Source of the DNA: Chrysomallon squamiferum
Lineage: Eukaryota; Animalia; Mollusca
Length of the DNA stretch: 64,000 bases
Direction of reading: 5' to 3'
Assembly (NCBI GenBank): GCA_012295275.1
Contig: CM022676.1
Location: 11,222,001 to 11,286,000 of the forward strand
Within the stretch, counting starts at the first letter, position 1. Each line of letters opens with the position of its first letter. Below, one piece after another: positions 12,786 to 25,487 of this stretch. A model generated the notes under the pieces. The model saw nothing but the letters and a program-made list of their open reading frames with translations, was not told where the DNA came from and made no database searches. A program made the position numbers and the translations under genes.

Positions 12786-15700
12786 TTAATTATTTTTACT
12801 TAGCATGTCTCCTATATCTCTGGACAGATTTTCCGACTGGTCCAGCATAACCTGAAGAAATAAAAACAAACAGTTACCTATAAATCTAATTTTATTAGTC
12901 TTTCAATTTGTAGCATTTATGTGAAGATGGTCATTATAACTATGCTTAAATCAGAAAATGGCTATTAATTACCAGAACAAGAAACAAATGTAAATAATAT
13001 AATTGAAATAGTTTATTATAACCAATGAATCAATATGAACAGAATGCAGCAGATATGTACTCAAATATATTACATATACACAAACACACAAATACACACA
13101 CACATATATATATATAAACAAAAACACTAACATTTTAAGTTTGATGACAGTAGCATATTAAACTTTTATTTAAATACCTGAATTTTATCAACCAAGATTT
13201 TTCTTTTAACTCTGGCGGCTTTGTTATCTTCTTCAAATCGGAGTCGGTCAAGATTTTCCAGTTGTTTCATCAAGTTCTCATTTAAAACTGACAACTGTTT
13301 ATTCATGTCGATTAGGCTGGAAACCTTCTTGTCTTCATCAAGAAATCCCTGTGGTAGAAGTTCATATTTTTTCATTTTTTTATAGATACCTTTTAAGTGT
13401 GACCAATTCCTTATACTTCCAAATTATTAATCTATCTGTTTCATGGATACAGTTGCTCATAATTGAAGTATGACAATAAGATAAAACTTTTATTTTACAA
13501 ACACTGAATTCTGCCATTTCATTCCTTCACAATTTCAGCCATTATGTAGATCATACTCTGAAAGCTATTTTTATTATTGTTTTTGACATTTCTCCCGAAC
13601 AGGCAATTTAAATTATTTTCTTCTGTTCAATAGCTATTAATATTTGTATTATAATGGACTTAGTAAAATCAAGAAAACTGGTGGAAAAACAAAATATGCA
13701 TGTTCATTGTATTTTTTGTCATGGCACACCAACAGATATTTTCTATGAAATGAATTAAATTAAATAAACATTTTACTTTCTTTAACATTTGGAGTAGTTT
13801 ATGAGGCCTCCATGAAACTGGTTAAAACAAATTTATAACATTTTGAACAGGTTTTATATAAGAATCTGTCAAAGACATGTTTGACATTTTTCTATAGGAC
13901 AGTAACAGCTGCTTTAACAAAAGCTGCTATTAAGACACAATATAAACAGTTTACAGTTTTGTAGCAGGCTCTACATATTCAGAATACAACTCAGAATCTG
14001 TTCATATTATTATGCAACCATTTAGATAATTTGTTCATGTCTACATTGGTTTTGTGCAAAATCTGACCATTATATTACAACAGTAACATGAAAAGAAAAT
14101 AAACTTCAGTGCATGCTATAGTTAAATGTATTTGTTCACCGTTAATATACTGTATTTTAATCACCAAATGTTATTGTCACACAGTGTGCTGGTTAAATGT
14201 TTACCACTATCTGGCCACTTATTTCTGTCACCCATCCACCATACAGCTAGATACAGCTAGATATAGCTAAATACAGCTAGATACAGCTAAATACAGCTAG
14301 ATACAGCTAGATACAGTGCCATCTCAGAACCATTGCCAAAACACTGCATAAGCTGGGACGTAAAACATTAGTTTCCCACTATGATCTATGACTATATCAT
14401 TGAATGAAATTAAATATTATTTATGATGTTTAACATCTTTGGTAGTGTGTACCCAAAGCATACACGCATGAAAAGAACCAAAATTTTTTTTTTGTATATA
14501 TTAGATAATTCTTCTAGATGTATGCAGGAGTTAATGTAATCATAATAGTTTTAACATTATAATACCAACAATTAGAAAGTGTTTATTCAAATCTAGTTGG
14601 ATTTATTCAAACAAAATATATAGAAAAATACTACAACAGAACGTTTATGATGTAATTGATATACTTAGTTGTAATCAGCATACAATTTAGTGCATTTTCA
14701 CTAGAACAAAATATTATATATTCAGCTGAAAATATACTTAAAAAGTAAACAAACAAATACAAACTGGAAGAAGAAATTATTTTTTTCTGTTTTCTTCATG
14801 AAATCTGTCCAAAGGTTTCACACCAATTTCTCTTAAAGCATTTGATGTCAGTTTTCATTGTTATAAAATCATTTGTGATTATTCCATCTATCACAATTAC
14901 TGTACGATGCAGAGTTTTGTTTTCATGTCTTCTACTGGAACTAATAGTTAATATGGCTTTGCATAGACAGACAACAAACATGTATAAACCTCAGTTTGTA
15001 TCTATGTTTTAAGAATGGCGCTGAAAAATTACTAAGGTATTTTTTATTATGATTATTAAATGATCATAATTAGGTTAGAACAGTTATGCTGAAGATAGAT
15101 TTAGAAAATCCCTAATCAGTATACTGAATATATAGAAAACTGTCTGCTGTATGCTGTTTTTGAACCATGAAATCCTTTATCATTCACAATTTTAACAGTA
15201 ATTGAATTTAAGAAAGTAGAATAATTGTAACTTTGAAGGAGTAGATGCTGGCGTTTGTCTTCAAGAAAAAAGCTATATTGAAACATTATAACTTCTTCGT
15301 AGCCACATGTGTACAGTCACGCGCGCACACACACACACTGTTGCTATTTAAGGGAAACTGTTATAACAGACATCATAAACACATACACATCCTTTCTTCA
15401 GGAATACATTCTTGTATACCAGCTGTACCTGCTTTAGGCAACACTTATCAGCTGGTGAAAACTCTGAAAGGATTGGTCAGTGGTTTTTTTCATCTTGGGC
15501 ATAAAAGTATCAACTTTGTAAAAGGGGGCTGTAGAGTGCTTAGATTTCTGAACAACACAAATGATACAATAGAATGATCTTCACCAGTAAATTTAGCCAG
15601 CTTTATTGTCTTTATGTATGCTTGGTGATCTTTGAATGTACAGAAACCAGAGATTCATCTCCACTTGGATACTGAGAAGACAATCAATATCTATATTTTA

Positions 15701-18700
15701 CATACATAATAAATTATTTTTCGATGTAAAATAATAGTTTTACCATTTTACTGTCTGCTGCATATACATGACTTGCATATGACAAATATACTATAGACAA
15801 AAATGTTTTAATATTTAATGTAACATATTACAAATATTGCATGTCTAAACATACATCACTATTATGCACTGGTTTATTTTGAATCATTAGATATCCCTGT
15901 ATTTGTGCATAACCCTATTTTAAATAAATTAACATAAAATAATGAATTTAAAATATTCCAAATACATAGAGAACATCTACTAACCAACATGTTCAGTTTA
16001 GCAACTTCACCAGATCTCTGGACACTGGCAGTCAACTATAAGGATTCAGTTTATGAAATTGAGACTTATACTGAAATCACTATGACTGCCGAACCGGCCT
16101 TGACAGGTACAAGTGAAATGAAAACTGTGACTACAATCAGTCAAAAAAGATCCTCAACAAGTTAGGAAAATGTGCAAATTATTTGACTTCCACTTACGGT
16201 AATAACAAAATTTAACTTTTAATGCTTGTACAACCTCTGAGTTTACCTTGTTTATTCCATCAAATCTGCTGGTAATTTCACTCATTTTTGTTTTAGATTT
16301 ATCTAAATCTTTCTCAACTTCATTCATCCTTTTAATATCGCCACTGTCTGTCGGTTCAGGCTAAAATAAGCAAAACATTGTTCAGTATGAGTGATGCACA
16401 TCTAGATGTGTAACTGGCAGTCATTTGTGTCTAAATCTGTTAAAAGAAAGTCTTACAAGATTCTATTACCTGATGTAGTCAGTACAGCTGTAAAACTGAC
16501 AACATGACACAGAATGTTATGGTAATTTAATACTATATTTAACCAATGCAATATGAATGGAGGAAACAAACAGTTTTTTGAGAATCATAAATCACTTGAT
16601 CTAAAATAAGATTGTTACTAATAAAATAAATACAGCTAATCTCATACTATTTCCTTTTATTTTATCAAAAACCTTTTATATCCAATAAAAATCTGATACT
16701 AGTTTCTATTAAAACAGATTAAAAATGCATCCAGTTTTCTTTGAATTTCCTTTTTATTTTTATTTTGTTTGTTTGTTTATCTATGAATGTTTTGCTTTTT
16801 TTTAATTATTTCTTGCTATTATTCTTTTACTGAACTTTCAACTGTTACTAAAAGATTTCTAGCAGTCTTAGTTGAGTATTTGTTAGAGATTTCACGTAAA
16901 GGAATTATTCTGTTCTGTAAAACAACACCATCTGAACAAAAAGAAGTAATTTCACAATCATATTTATATTCTAAATCACAATAAATTTCTAAACCAAATA
17001 TGTTGGACAACATGAATATAACATGACTTCAGTTAGTAAACAACTAATTTTAATGTTATAATGAATTTCTAATCAAATACTCTCTCAATTATTATTAGGT
17101 TTCATTGCCTACATGTTATTTAGCATTTTCAAAGAAAAATTGTCGCCATTATTAATTACCTTTTTACCCAGCAGCATAACTTTTGATCCTTGAGTCAGAC
17201 CTAAAGATGCTAAACTTTCGTCTGGGTTTTTAAGTGAACGACCTGGTAAAAATAAATATGGAAAATTAAAATCATAAAATTGAGATATAGTTATCCCTAT
17301 GGTACTAATTCTAGTAGCAGTATGTTATTATTATTAGAATCACAATAGTTAATCTATCATTCAGAAACTTTAACTAAACAATGTCCACAGGATTTAATTG
17401 TATGTGTCTGTGAGTGATGTTTCAGATGCAGGTGTAATAAAATATTAAGACAATTAAATAAGAATACAAGCAATTTCATCCTATCACAGCCAGGCATGAC
17501 AATCACAGGTACACCAAACTGACAGCTGTATTTTTCCTGACAACACTAAAAGAAATTTTAAAGCATTTGTCTACCCTTTTATTTGTTATTACATTAATTT
17601 ACTTATTTATACATTTATTTACTACTATTTATATATTTATTACATTTATTGATCTATTTATTTGTTAGATTATTTATTTATTGCATTTATGTATTTATTT
17701 ATTACTATTCAGTACATTAATTTACTTATTTATTACATTTAGTTATTTATTTATTACATTTATTTACTTACTGCATTTATGTATTTATTTATTACTTTTA
17801 TTCAAACACTGAAATTAATCTGTATTTGTGCTCAACCTTTAAATATAAGTTTCTGATGAGCTGTTGGAACTTGTGTTAGTTCTGCAACTGTCTTGGCAAG
17901 GTGAGCCACTGTGAATGCTTTATTTTCTTCCTTTTCTTCATGTTTTAGAATCACTTCATATTTTTTTGTACCTGTCAATTAAAAAAATAATAACTAAAAT
18001 GTGGTTTGATGCGTATTTCAGCAAGACACCTAACAACAGGAAAATGAATCTTAGTGCAGTAAATAAATATTTATTAACCATAGTTTAATGTATATAATTA
18101 TAATAATCTGTTATTCAAACATATTAAAAACAGTTAATACTTAGTCATCAGAAACACTAATATTTTCGTTATGATTATATTTTATCTGATGTTGTTTCGT
18201 TTGATATCTTTCTGAAATCATAATAACGAGGCCGACTGGTTTTACTTGTCTGGTTCCGTAAGTTGCGAATCATATTTGTAAAAATATTCGCTATATACTT
18301 ACACCCGCAAATTTATTTCATATTTTTTGTTTTTTCGTGTGTTTTTTTACGTTTAAAAACAATCGGTGTATTCATGATTACCTATTTTAATAATTATAAG
18401 ACGCAATCATACATTTAACTGCATTGTCGTCTGCTCGATTTCTATATTCGATATCATACTGCGCATGGTCAGTTCGTAACTGGTGGGGGGGATGGAGTTT
18501 AAACATAAATAGTTCATAACGATTTAATACGATTTTAGTCGGAGTTTACCGAAGAAAATACAAGAAGAAAATGTTTTCTTTCAGTATAACATTCAAGGCA
18601 CATTCAGTTTCACTTCCTTCTAGTATTTGTTTACTCGGCAGTTTCAAAATCGCGAGGAACAAACTTTCTTATGACTCCTTTTTTACATTTAGAAAAAGCA

Positions 18701-18973
18701 AACAAAATCCATGGCGTTAGCGTTGCCTGGTAATTGACATCACTAATTCACTGTCATCACCATTAGTATTAGTACTCATACGATTTTATATTTGTCTATA
18801 ATTTTTTATTCATCTATATCTCATTTCAAAACACTTTTCTCTCTTTTTTTTTAATCATTATTTTGCTGTACAATTATTAAAAAAAAAATTTAAAAAAATA
18901 TTTCGCGAGTCAAAAAAGGAACATTACCATGAACCAACTGTAACTTTATACAGTCAATATTTTCGCTCGCCAT
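12786..18973 (-). CDS. BAG1: BAG family molecular chaperone regulator 1 (ubiquitin-like domain + BAG domain), 204 aa, 6 exons
   Basis: Exons 18928-18973, 17837-17971, 17160-17242, 16247-16360, 13178-13348 and 12786-12851 join in frame (615 nt). Ubl domain: IKLQLVHGTKKYEV...TVAHLAKTVAELTQVPTAHQKLIFKGRSLKNPDESLASLGLTQGSKVMLLGKK. BAG domain: GINKGFL...ENLMKQLENLDRLRF...ARVKRKILVDKIQVMLDQSE. Confidence 0.93.
14242..14315. repeat. 10-bp tandem repeat (atacagctag)n
   Basis: About 7 copies, directly visible. Confidence 0.85.
15233..15357 (+). repeat. ~125-bp dispersed duplicate, copy 1 (BAG1 intron 4)
   Basis: ttgaaggagtagatgctggcgtt...ttgctatttaagggaaa is near-identical to 19495-19618 (one substitution seen). 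Confidence 0.9.
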
Positions 18974-20300
18974 ATTGTTTTTTGTGAAAATAATTTTCCA
19001 CCCTCCTCGCGAGAGAACCGCAGTGATTTCAGGATTTGTTGCCTCCAAATAAAATACATACGTAATAAAAAATCGATAAGTTAATATGTCCAAAAACTGC
19101 AATTTTGAGACCTTCAGCCCAATAATAATAATAATAATAATAATAACATGCATTTTCTGGAAGTTCAGTTGTTTACTGTTCTTGCGGTGTAATTCATTTG
19201 TATAACTTATTTAAATGTATTTACTTACCATATCTTTTGAAACTTTTCAGACTTGGGATTTCATGCAGCTGTACACTTTTCTTTCAGTTTCAGAATGCAG
19301 GATATAAGTATAATACAATTTTGATTTGTGATTTTATTTTATTTTATTATTCTGTTTTTATTATTTTTATTATCGTCATCATAATTTTTTTCACTTTTTT
19401 AATTTCATTTTTATAATCTTTATCCTTTTCAAGTTCGCTTATATTTCTTTGCATTTTTATAGACTTATCGTTGTAATAGTGTGTGCGTCTGTGTTTGAAG
19501 GAGTAGATGCTGGCGTTCGTCTTCAAGAAAAAAGCTATATTGAAACATTATAACTTCTTCGTAGCCACATGTGTACAGTCACGCGCGCACACACACACAC
19601 TGTTGCTATTTAAGGGAAAATACGACATTCGATTAAAAGTAACTTGTAACCACACCCTCTGTCAGAGTATCATAATCAACAACTTACAACAGCTCCGCTA
19701 CGTCGAATTACAACCGTCATTAGTGAACACAGCAAACCAAGTTACTCTGCAAATACATATTTGTTTTTCCTGTTATACATCTGGGTCACTTAACTTAGAG
19801 ATAAAAACAACTATGTCTAACCTAGCATTTTTGTATTTATATTAAATTACCCATTTGCTATTTAAAACTCGTTTAAAGATAATTCGGAGAATGGATTGCT
19901 AACACATAATGCATGTACAGCACGTGAGTACAATATGGGACTGGGTCTATTAGTCTCGATAAATCGTATTCAAGTTTTCAGCAAATTCAGCGTCAATCAT
20001 TCCGGCAGACTTCAGTAAGGCAGACGACATATTTCTGGCGACAAACGAGTAACTGCACAGGTCAGCTGACCACTGTAAGTTATTGGAAATAATAATTTTC
20101 ATTAATATTATTTTTATTTTTATTTTTTTCAAATCACAGTCGCTAAAGCATCATCCATTTTAAATCACATGAGCTGTTATTATTTTAAAATTAAATAGTA
20201 ATTTTATTTGACTTCGATGCCACATTTTCTGCAACACAGGTTCAAGGTTTGTCTGGGTCGTATTAAAGCTGACTTGTATACCTGCTGAACGGCAAATAAA
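18150..20300. promoter_or_regulatory. CpG-retaining region containing the divergent BAG1 / APOBEC-like promoters
   Basis: CG dinucleotides are visibly frequent here and scarce in the flanking gene bodies. BAG1 ATG is at 18973 (minus). Candidate plus-strand 5' exons end at the donor act|gtaagt (20074) and span 20240-20307. Confidence 0.55.
19495..19618 (+). repeat. ~125-bp dispersed duplicate, copy 2 (between BAG1 and the APOBEC-like gene)
   Basis: Near-identical to 15233-15357. Confidence 0.9.
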
Positions 20301-20527
20301 ACAGTGGGTAATGTTTATCCAAACAAATAATCTCACTGGAAAGAAATAATGTCATTTTATTATCTTATTTTTCATCAGCATCATCTTATTATTATTACAT
20401 TGTTTTCCCATAGTTTATTAAGAACAATTACTTAATTGCCTAGTGTTGTCACATCAATCATTTAAAATAGAATGTGAAGTATTTCTGTAATTTATTTACA
20501 TTATTATTATTTTCATTGCAGTATGTA

Positions 20528-20564
<37 letters not shown>

Positions 20565-20837
20565 TCATTTAAATATTTTATTATTTCTTATAAGACTAAA
20601 TTAGAAAGGATATCTGCTGCTGCCAATACAGGCAGGAGCAAGAGATCTTTTTTTAAAACTTCAACTGTTAGGAAAGCACAAATCACACAATAAAAAAAAA
20701 AATAACTACTAATAATACTGCTACTACTACTAATAATAAAAATAATAATAATAATAATATTAATAAATAATAATAATGTGTGTAAATAATTAAGTAATAC
20801 ATTTTTACTTTAGAGGAAGAAGATTCTGGCACCAACA

Positions 20838-21497
20838 ATGACATTACAACAGCAACGTCCTCTAAGAAAAGAGTTCTACACATTCTGGAACTCTGGACTT
20901 GACACTGACAACATTATTGAAGAATCTGCAGCAGTCTGCTCACTCATAATGGACAAAGGGGAAACAAATGTGACTCGGATCTTCTGCTCGGAAGCAGATG
21001 TTGAAGAAAATGCAGATGAACTTTTGATAGAATGGCTTACGGAACATCCACTGATTCTAGAGGCCGATGACATTGAGATGAAAATCTACTTCAACTATTC
21101 GCCACAAGCTGCAACATCACAGGCTATCATCAACTTGGTCAGTTCCCTGCAGGAACAACAGAAGCAGATCAAAGTGGCAGTAAAGTTTGCACAGCTGTAC
21201 AAAACTGACAACAATGAGGATGCCGAGGAGAATCGGGAAGGTCTGAGAAAGTTGAAAATGGAAGGGTTCAGACTGGACGTGTTTCACGAGGCCGACTGGT
21301 TTTACTTGTCTGAAATCCTCGCTGACAAGAGAAGTAGAAAGTTGCAGACGATGAATGCAAACAAAGCCAAACAGAAACTAAGAGAGATTTTCACTGACCC
21401 CAAAGATGCTGGGTCGGCCACGGAGTGTGTGGTCACATCTGAAACTGAGACTATGACTGAGTGCGATGCTGTCAGCTCATCTGACTCAGACAGCTGA
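20838..21497 (+). CDS. AID/APOBEC-like cytidine deaminase-fold protein, predicted catalytically inactive (219 aa, single coding exon)
   Basis: Collinear with AID along its length: RKEFYTFWN~RRKFLYQFKN; AAVCSLI~TYLCYVV; NADELLIEWL~HVELLFLRYI; IYFNYSPQAATSQAI~WFTSWSPCYDCARHV; VKFAQLYK~IFTARLYF; ENREGLRKLKMEGFRLDVFHEADWFYL~[33 protein letters not shown]~RQLRRIL. A splice acceptor (tttttactttag) ends at 20813, 24 nt before the ATG, so a short N-terminal extension is possible. Confidence 0.8.
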   Translation: MTLQQQRPLRKEFYTFWNSGLDTDNIIEESAAVCSLIMDKGETNVTRIFCSEADVEENADELLIEWLTEHPLILEADDIEMKIYFNYSPQAATSQAIINLVSSLQEQQKQIKVAVKFAQLYKTDNNEDAEENREGLRKLKMEGFRLDVFHEADWFYLSEILADKRSRKLQTMNANKAKQKLREIFTDPKDAGSATECVVTSETETMTECDAVSSSDSDS

Positions 21498-22333
21498 CAC
21501 TTGATGTTGTTAAAAAAAAAAGTCAGATCAAAGTTGCTTGTCCTGTGTACATTTCAGGATTATAACCAATGAAGTTGTGTAAAAGCCAGAATATTCTAGT
21601 TTAAATCGTTCCTCTCCATACCTGTTTAAAATCAGGATAACTAAATCTTTATCAGTAAATATTGGTTTAATCTTAAAATTTACTTGTATTATATTGATTA
21701 CTATTATTATTACTACTTCTAATATAACTTTTAGTTATTATTTCTGTTATTATTGCTATTAGTACTACTGCTATTCTAATATTATTTATAAAATAAGTAT
21801 CAGTCATTGATATTTCTGTGTTGTTTTGTTCAGTACAAAATATGTTATAAAACAAATTATGCTGCTCTGAAACTTGGAAGTTACTTATTATTTAAAGTTG
21901 AAATACACATACTTACACACATACACATACAAATGCATATTTATATAAACATTTTATCTTAATTTTACATAAATATCAGCACACCAATACATTAACTGGA
22001 AAATACAAATATAAGTTATTTTTTATTTTCTGAATGTGTAACTGATAGGAATCGCCACATAGTTGAACTGTATATCCTAACAGTTGTTACACTGCCTCAC
22101 TGTGTTATATACTGAACATTAACTTGGAATCCTGAGTTCAGACGTGAAGTATTTTACATCACAGTTCAGCTGTGGTGAATTTCTCTGGTGCAGAACAAGT
22201 CCCTGTTATGGATTAAATAACAAAAAGTTTTTAAATCCTGCAGACAGAGCAGTACATATCACAGACTTTGATATAGTTATCAATGATGTGAAGTGTCACA
22301 TTGCATAAATGATGGAATTTGAAACAATCTTTA

Positions 22334-22368
<35 letters not shown>

Positions 22369-22950
22369 GAATCTCACACGTAATGATAACCTTTTGTGTT
22401 TCATCTCTGAACCATCAGCACACATTATTAATGTAATTAAAATAGATACATATTGTATTGTGCAAACATCCACCTTCAGTTGTCTGTAACAACTTCCTAG
22501 TTGGTGACAGTAACATTACAGTACTGCTGGATCAACAGATTTGAAATGGTGCACCTTGAATTATGCAAAATAATGTTTCTTAAACTATTACTGTCTCATT
22601 AATCATATCAAGTTTCATTTGCCTTTCAATCATTAACTACTTTCTGTAGAACTGATAATTACTACTAATGATTATTTTAAAAAAAAAAAAAAAAGAAGAG
22701 ATGCCCAAAGAACATGAATTCATTATAATTTTTGTACATATTTAACAAATTCCTTCATGCTCTTTTGTGATATAATTGTAATTATCAGTTTATGTTACTG
22801 ATAGGACAACAAATGATCACCTTTGTGGCCATCAGTTTTTTGTAACATAAACTTTAAAAAGAAAACATTTCATCTTTTTGTTTACAACAAATAACATTTT
22901 TACTGGACATCACTGTTTTCAGCTGACTTGTGTTGTATGTGATTGTGAAG

Positions 22951-25487
22951 TCACTTTGTGACACTGAACTCTGATGAAGTGACAGGATGAGACCGAGCTG
23001 TGTGATTCTGTAAGTGAACTTGTGAAACAAAGCTGTGATCACAGAAATGACACATGTAAGGTTTCGGTCGTATGTTGTGTGTGAACCGGTTCCTGCCACT
23101 TTTTCTACATTTGTGACGTGTCGGTTCCTTGTTCAGTGGACAGGAATGTTTAAGGTGCAGAACGAGACCTGTAGTTGTTGTGAAGAGTTTGCCACATTCA
23201 CAAGGATATGACACTGTTGGCATGTCTTCATGATGCACTGCCGTAGCATGGTTGCACATTTGAGTTAAAGACGTGAAAGTCTTCTCACAGAATTTACAAG
23301 GAAACAATTTTCTTTTGGAAGAAGATGATGACAGCTTCATTCCCTTGTGAACATTTATGGCATGGTCTGCTAGTTTAGTCAAAGAATGAAATATTTTATC
23401 ACAGAACTTGCATGGGAAATCTGATTTACCTCCATCTTTGTACCTTGACACTGATTGATATACTTCACTCTTTGTTTGATCAGACAAGTTACCATTCTGT
23501 AGATTAGTTTCCATAACAACATCGGTTTCAAACACAACTGGTAGACTAGCTCTAAAATCATCATCCTTGTTGAATAAAGTGAGAGATGTTTTAATGTTAG
23601 TAGTTGGCGCCAAAATTTTACTACAAGTCTCTTCTTCTTGTTCATTTTCAACATTGTTCTTCGTGAAATGGGCAGTAAGATAATGCTGTCGTTTTAAGCC
23701 AGGAAAAATAAAAACTTTTTCACATAGATTACATGGATGAAAGTAGTCGGAATGTTTAACAAGCAGATGAGCCTCCAGTGATGATTTGTCAGAGAATGTT
23801 CCAGCACAGTGAGAACATGGGAACTCTGTCTTACAATTACCTGACCTCACTAGAGATACTGGGAAAATCTTAGTGTCTGAACACTCACCATCTCCGTCAA
23901 TCAGCATGTGACCTTGATCTGGGTGACAAAGACGGATGTGCAGTTTGAGCTGTAAATACCTGTGGAAGACCTGGCAGCACACAGGACAGATTTCTTCAAC
24001 TGATAATGAATTCTGTGAGTGTCCAGTGGACTGGTCATCAGTATCAGGTAATTCACTGGTACACTGGACATCACACTTTCAAACCCATCTATAGACTTCT
24101 CATCAGACCCAGCTATAGACAGTCCACCAGAGACTGTTAACATAAAACCACTCTGCTCTTCATAACTGGGTATCTCACTCTGACATGTGTCTTTCTTCAC
24201 CAACACACACTCAGATGGTTCACTTACTTTCAAAGATAATTCATGATAATCATTAACATTTTCACTTGAGATTTCTATAGATTTCTCAGCAATGTCTTCA
24301 TCTGAGGTCGATTCATCATCATCAATGTCCATATTCCTTGAGACTGTCCACAACTCTCCATCTTCAGTGAAATGATATATCTCTCCAGGACCAAAAGATT
24401 CAAAGTTCTTGTTTTCACTAGACTCTGTCTGAGAAGGCTGACAAGTCAGACATACATTCTCATCACCAGTTTTGTTTGTCTGTTCATTATCCTCTTCTTT
24501 TTCTGATGGCCATTTTGAGGAAGGAGATACATTACTGTCAGCCTCTTTGTTGACACTGTTCTCATCACACCTGTTGTCATCACAGATATTTTTCTTTAGT
24601 GCCCTGTACTTTTCATCTGGTAGTAAAACGGAGTCACTGGTATTTATGTGCAGCTGACCGGATAAACAATTATCAGTTTCTCTTTCTTGTTTAATCTCTG
24701 TAATGTTGGTGGAATTGAGATGTTCTTGAAGAGTGTCTGCTGTTAAAGTGTTCTTTATTGATGTTACTGCTGCAGCCAAATCTCCACACTGTGAAAACTG
24801 ACTCTCTGCTGCATCTCCACACTGTGAATTCTGGCTCACGATTATGTCTCTGCACTGTGAGTAATGAGTCAAATCTCCACAATGTGAATTCAAACTGTCT
24901 GTGGCACCAATCTCCCGGTCAGAACACATTTTTTCTTTATCATTAGAAAAGTGAGAAGAAAATTCTTCATTTTCAGGAAACTGACTTTTTTTCTTCAACT
25001 TGTTCTTTTTTCTTCCCCTCTTCCTACTGCTGGGCTTTTTCTTCCTTATGTTCTGTGTAAGACTTTTTTCTGGTGGACACTGACTGCAAGGAGAGTGGGA
25101 AATCAGCTCTCTCACAGAGTCAAACTGTGCAACATTGCACACTTTACATACAAACTTAATCTGGTACTTGTTATCCTCGACTAGAGTAATCCTTGCATGA
25201 GTTGTGTTCAGGTGGCGCTGTTTCTCACTGTTGGTTGCAAAGATTTTGTGACAGATTTCGCAGGCTGAGAACAGGTTCACGTGTTTCTGCATCATGTGAA
25301 CTTGTCTGCTGGTTGCGTCTGCAAAGTGCTGAGAACACACTGAGCAGGGAAACATGGAAAAACGAGGAAGTGACGAGTTCTCCTTGCAGTACGAGATCAG
25401 CTTCTGGTAACATTCACTCTGTGTGTTTACAACAAAACTGTCCACTGATCTACTTCGTTTCTTTTCTATCTTCTTCTTGTGAAACAT
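22951..25487 (-). CDS. C2H2 zinc-finger protein, split into two overlapping ORFs by a frame break near 24000-24080
   Basis: ORF 23901-25487 has fingers CSVCSQHF...HMMQKH and CEICHKIF...HLNTTH, a basic NLS-like run and a long acidic linker. ORF 22951-23982 has about 7 fingers (CPVCCQVF..HIRLCH, CSHCAGTF..HLLVKH, CNLCEKVF..HYLTAH, CKFCDKIF..HAINVH, CKFCEKTF..HATAVH, CECGKLF..HLKHSC, KPYMCHFCDHSF..HTARSH). An upstream acceptor lies at about 25804. Confidence 0.8.

Noticed and set aside
15245-19845. Two ORFs with the same N-terminus (MLAFVFKKKAILKHYNFF...)
   Set aside because: The identity comes from the 125-bp DNA duplication, includes a (CA)n tract and ends abruptly; there is no protein-like signal.
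24070-24090. Programmed -1 ribosomal frameshift at GGGTTTG in the zinc-finger gene
   Set aside because: The heptamer is not in the required frame, and the downstream frame has a TGA at 24079-24081 immediately after it.
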